A DNA stretch of 64,000 nt from assembly GCA_027023305.1 (NCBI GenBank), contig JALVVR010000041.1, positions 11,029-75,028 of the forward strand. The letters are read 5' to 3'. Shown in pieces: positions 61,567-64,000 of the stretch. The position numbers and the translations under genes are program-made. The notes beneath the pieces were generated by a model. That model did no database searches. It was not told where the DNA came from and worked only from the letters and a program-made list of their open reading frames with translations. Numbering within the stretch: the first letter of the stretch is position 1; each line of letters starts with the position of its first letter. The DNA is from Campylobacterales bacterium. GTDB lineage: Bacteria > Campylobacterota > Campylobacteria > Campylobacterales > QNZT01.

Positions 61567-62913
61567 ATGGCAAAAGAAGAACAACCCCAAAAACAAAATG
61601 GTAATGCAAAAAACCATCAAAAAAAGCAACACAGTAGAACTCATGTACCTGTAAAAGGTCATAAGATAGAAGAACTTAGAGGCAAAAGTTTAGATGAACT
61701 TTTGAGCATAGCAGATGAGTTAAAAGTAGAAAATCCTCACCAATTAAAAAGACAAGACCTTATCTTTGAAATACTAAAGTCTCAAGTTAGTCAAGGTGGA
61801 TTTATACTTTTTACAGGTATTTTAGAAATCGCTCATGATGGATATGGATTTTTAAGAAGTACTGATGTTAACTTTTCAAACTCATCAAGTGATGCTTATG
61901 TAAGTGCTACACAGATAAGAAAGTTTGCTCTAAGAAATGGTGATATAGTAACTGGACAAGTTAGACAGCCAAAAGATCAAGAAAGATACTATGCACTTCT
62001 AAAGATAGAAGCAGTTAACTATATGCCTTTAAGAGATATAAAAAACAGACCTCTTTTTGATAACTTAACTCCACTTTATCCAACTGAACAACTAAAACTA
62101 GAGTATGATGAAAACAGATTAACTGGTAGAGTTATGGATCTTTTTACTCCTATGGGTAAAGGTCAAAGGGGACTTATAGTTGCACCTCCAAGAACTGGTA
62201 AAACTGAACTTTTAAAAGAGTTAGCTCATGGTGTTAGTAAAAATCACCCTGAAGTTAGTTTGATGGTTTTACTTGTTGATGAGAGACCTGAAGAGGTTAC
62301 TGATATGCAAAGAAGTGTAAATGGAGAAGTTTTTAGCTCAACTTTTGATCTTCCTGCAAACAATCATGTTAGAGTTGCTGAACTTGTAATAGAGAGAGCA
62401 AAAAGATTAGTTGAGATGGGAAAAGATGTAGTTATACTTCTTGATTCTATAACTAGACTAGCACGAGCTTATAACACAGTTACACCTTCAAGTGGAAAAG
62501 TACTAAGTGGTGGTGTTGATGCAAATGCTCTTCATAAACCAAAAAGATTTTTTGGAGCAGCGAGAAATATCGAATTTGGTGGAAGTTTAACTATCATATC
62601 AACAGCACTTATAGAGACTGGTAGTAAGATGGATGAAGTTATTTTTGAAGAGTTTAAAGGTACTGGAAACAGTGAGTGTATCTTAGATAGAAATATAAGT
62701 GATAAGAGAATTTACCCAGCTATAAACATAACTAGAAGTGGTACTAGAAAAGAAGAACTCCTACTAGGAAATGACAAACTACAAAAAGTTTGGGCTCTTA
62801 GAGGTGCTATGAGTCAAATGGAAGATATAGAAGCTCTAAAATTTTTATACTCAAAAATGAAAAAAACCAAAAACAATGATGAGTTTTTATCTATCATGAA
62901 TGAAGGAGCTTAA
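61567..62913 (+). CDS. rho: transcription termination factor Rho
   Basis: 448 aa. It has an N-terminal K/Q-rich insert, an RNA-binding domain (GFGFLR-type: DGYGFLRS), Walker A PPRTGKT and [11 protein letters not shown]. Confidence 0.95.
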   Translation: MAKEEQPQKQNGNAKNHQKKQHSRTHVPVKGHKIEELRGKSLDELLSIADELKVENPHQLKRQDLIFEILKSQVSQGGFILFTGILEIAHDGYGFLRSTDVNFSNSSSDAYVSATQIRKFALRNGDIVTGQVRQPKDQERYYALLKIEAVNYMPLRDIKNRPLFDNLTPLYPTEQLKLEYDENRLTGRVMDLFTPMGKGQRGLIVAPPRTGKTELLKELAHGVSKNHPEVSLMVLLVDERPEEVTDMQRSVNGEVFSSTFDLPANNHVRVAELVIERAKRLVEMGKDVVILLDSITRLARAYNTVTPSSGKVLSGGVDANALHKPKRFFGAARNIEFGGSLTIISTALIETGSKMDEVIFEEFKGTGNSECILDRNISDKRIYPAINITRSGTRKEELLLGNDKLQKVWALRGAMSQMEDIEALKFLYSKMKKTKNNDEFLSIMNEGA

Positions 62914-62919
62914 AAGAGC

Positions 62920-63672
62920 ATGAAGGCTGGGGTTTATGACAGTGGAGTCGGTGGACTTAGTGTTGTAAAATCCCTTTTATCAAGTGGTCTTTTTAGTGAA
63001 ATTATTTATTATGGAGATACAGCTCGTGTTCCTTATGGTGTAAAAGATAAAAATACTATCATAAGATACTCTCTTGAAGCCTTAGAATTTTTTAAAAACT
63101 TTGATATAGATATCATGATTGCTGCATGTAACTCTGTTAGTGCTTATGCCATAGATGAACTTCAAAAAAACTCAAATTTTCCAGTAACTGGAGTTATCAA
63201 TCCAGGTGTATTAGCCGTTAAAAATGGATTAAAAGATAAAAACTCTAAAATCCTGATACTAGGGACAAAAGCTACTATCAAAAGCAAAAAGTATGAAAAT
63301 CTTTTAAAAGAGAGTGGCTTTACAAATACATTTTCGATAGCTCCATCACTCTTTGTGCCAATTGTTGAAGAGGGACTTTTCAGTGGTCAAGTATTGCAGA
63401 GTGTATTAGATCACTACTTTAAAGATATAAAATCAAATCCAGATGCTATCATACTTGGATGTACTCACTTTCCTTTGATAAGTGATGCTATTGGGGAATA
63501 TTTTCCAACTTCCACACTTATACACTCAGGAGATGCTGTAGTTGAATATCTTCAAAATAAATATAACTTAGATAAAAAGTTTGATGAAACTAAGATGAAG
63601 TTTTTTGCTTCTGAAAATCCTGATGGATTAAAGAAAGTAGCTTATGAGTGGTTAAACTTAGAAAAGATATAA
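62920..63672 (+). CDS. murI: glutamate racemase
   Basis: 250 aa. GVYDSGVGGLSV, ACNSVS and GCTHFPL contain the two catalytic Cys motifs. Confidence 0.9.
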   Translation: MKAGVYDSGVGGLSVVKSLLSSGLFSEIIYYGDTARVPYGVKDKNTIIRYSLEALEFFKNFDIDIMIAACNSVSAYAIDELQKNSNFPVTGVINPGVLAVKNGLKDKNSKILILGTKATIKSKKYENLLKESGFTNTFSIAPSLFVPIVEEGLFSGQVLQSVLDHYFKDIKSNPDAIILGCTHFPLISDAIGEYFPTSTLIHSGDAVVEYLQNKYNLDKKFDETKMKFFASENPDGLKKVAYEWLNLEKI

Positions 63673-63701
63673 TGTTTCATACTAAAGAAAAAAGGTAAGC
63701 C

Positions 63702-64000
63702 GTGTCAGAAGTTTTAGCATTAAAGTATCGCCCAAAATCGTTTGATAAACTTATCGGTCAGGAGAGTGTTCGAGTAACCTTGTCTCAGGCTCTTGATTCG
63801 CATAGGCTTTCTCATGCTTATCTTTTTTCAGGGCTTAGAGGTAGTGGTAAAACTTCTACTGCTCGAATATTTGCTAAAGCTCTTCTTTGTGATGAAGGTC
63901 CTACATCAACTCCTTGTGAAAAATGTCCAAACTGTGTAGATGCAAATGAGGGACGACACATAGACATCATAGAGATGGATGGAGCTAGTAGTAGAAAAAT
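63702..64000 (+). CDS. dnaX: DNA polymerase III subunit gamma/tau (partial, runs off the window)
   Basis: My translation from the GTG at 63702 reads VSEVLALKYRPKSFDKLIGQESV...HAYLFSGLRGSGKTSTARIFAKALLC...CEKCPNC. It contains the clamp-loader Walker A and a Zn module. Confidence 0.85.
   Translation, partial: MSEVLALKYRPKSFDKLIGQESVRVTLSQALDSHRLSHAYLFSGLRGSGKTSTARIFAKALLCDEGPTSTPCEKCPNCVDANEGRHIDIIEMDGASSRK

Overview
AT-rich chromosomal segment from a Campylobacterota (epsilonproteobacterial) genome. The assignment rests on gene content: a fused ccsBA, CheZ-type phosphatases with a QDIHRQ active-site motif, and polA, htpG, purQSC, glyS, glnA-rho-murI-dnaX. The left 36 kb is accessory. It holds a 24.4-kb uninterrupted ORF (8,121 aa, from the ORF track) for a giant RTX-type calcium-binding repeat protein. 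Directly downstream on the same strand, with overlapping ends, are a TPR/GT9-like putative protein glycosyltransferase, a type I secretion ABC exporter and a HlyD adaptor. A TolC-like outer-membrane factor is transcribed divergently. Convergent with tolC is a three-gene operon: a Cache-like two-TM membrane protein, a MotA/ExbB-like channel protein with a long coiled-coil tail, and a MotB/ExbD-like partner. This is an uncharacterised ion-driven-motor-type module. Reading the intergenic DNA, I find sigma28 (FliA)-type promoters (TAAA-N14/15-[G/A][C/T]CGATAT) in front of four units: the giant gene, tolC, the motor-like operon and a tandem pair of CheZ-like genes. fliN/fliO lie just downstream of the T1SS genes. 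This suggests the adhesin/T1SS and the motor-like module belong to the flagellar late regulon. The right half is mostly housekeeping. It is interrupted by a decaying islet next to tRNA-Met(CAT), containing a split Mrr-like endonuclease gene and a truncated NYN gene, and by a UPF0175/DUF3368-PIN toxin-antitoxin pair. All functional calls come from motif recognition by eye; no database search was run.
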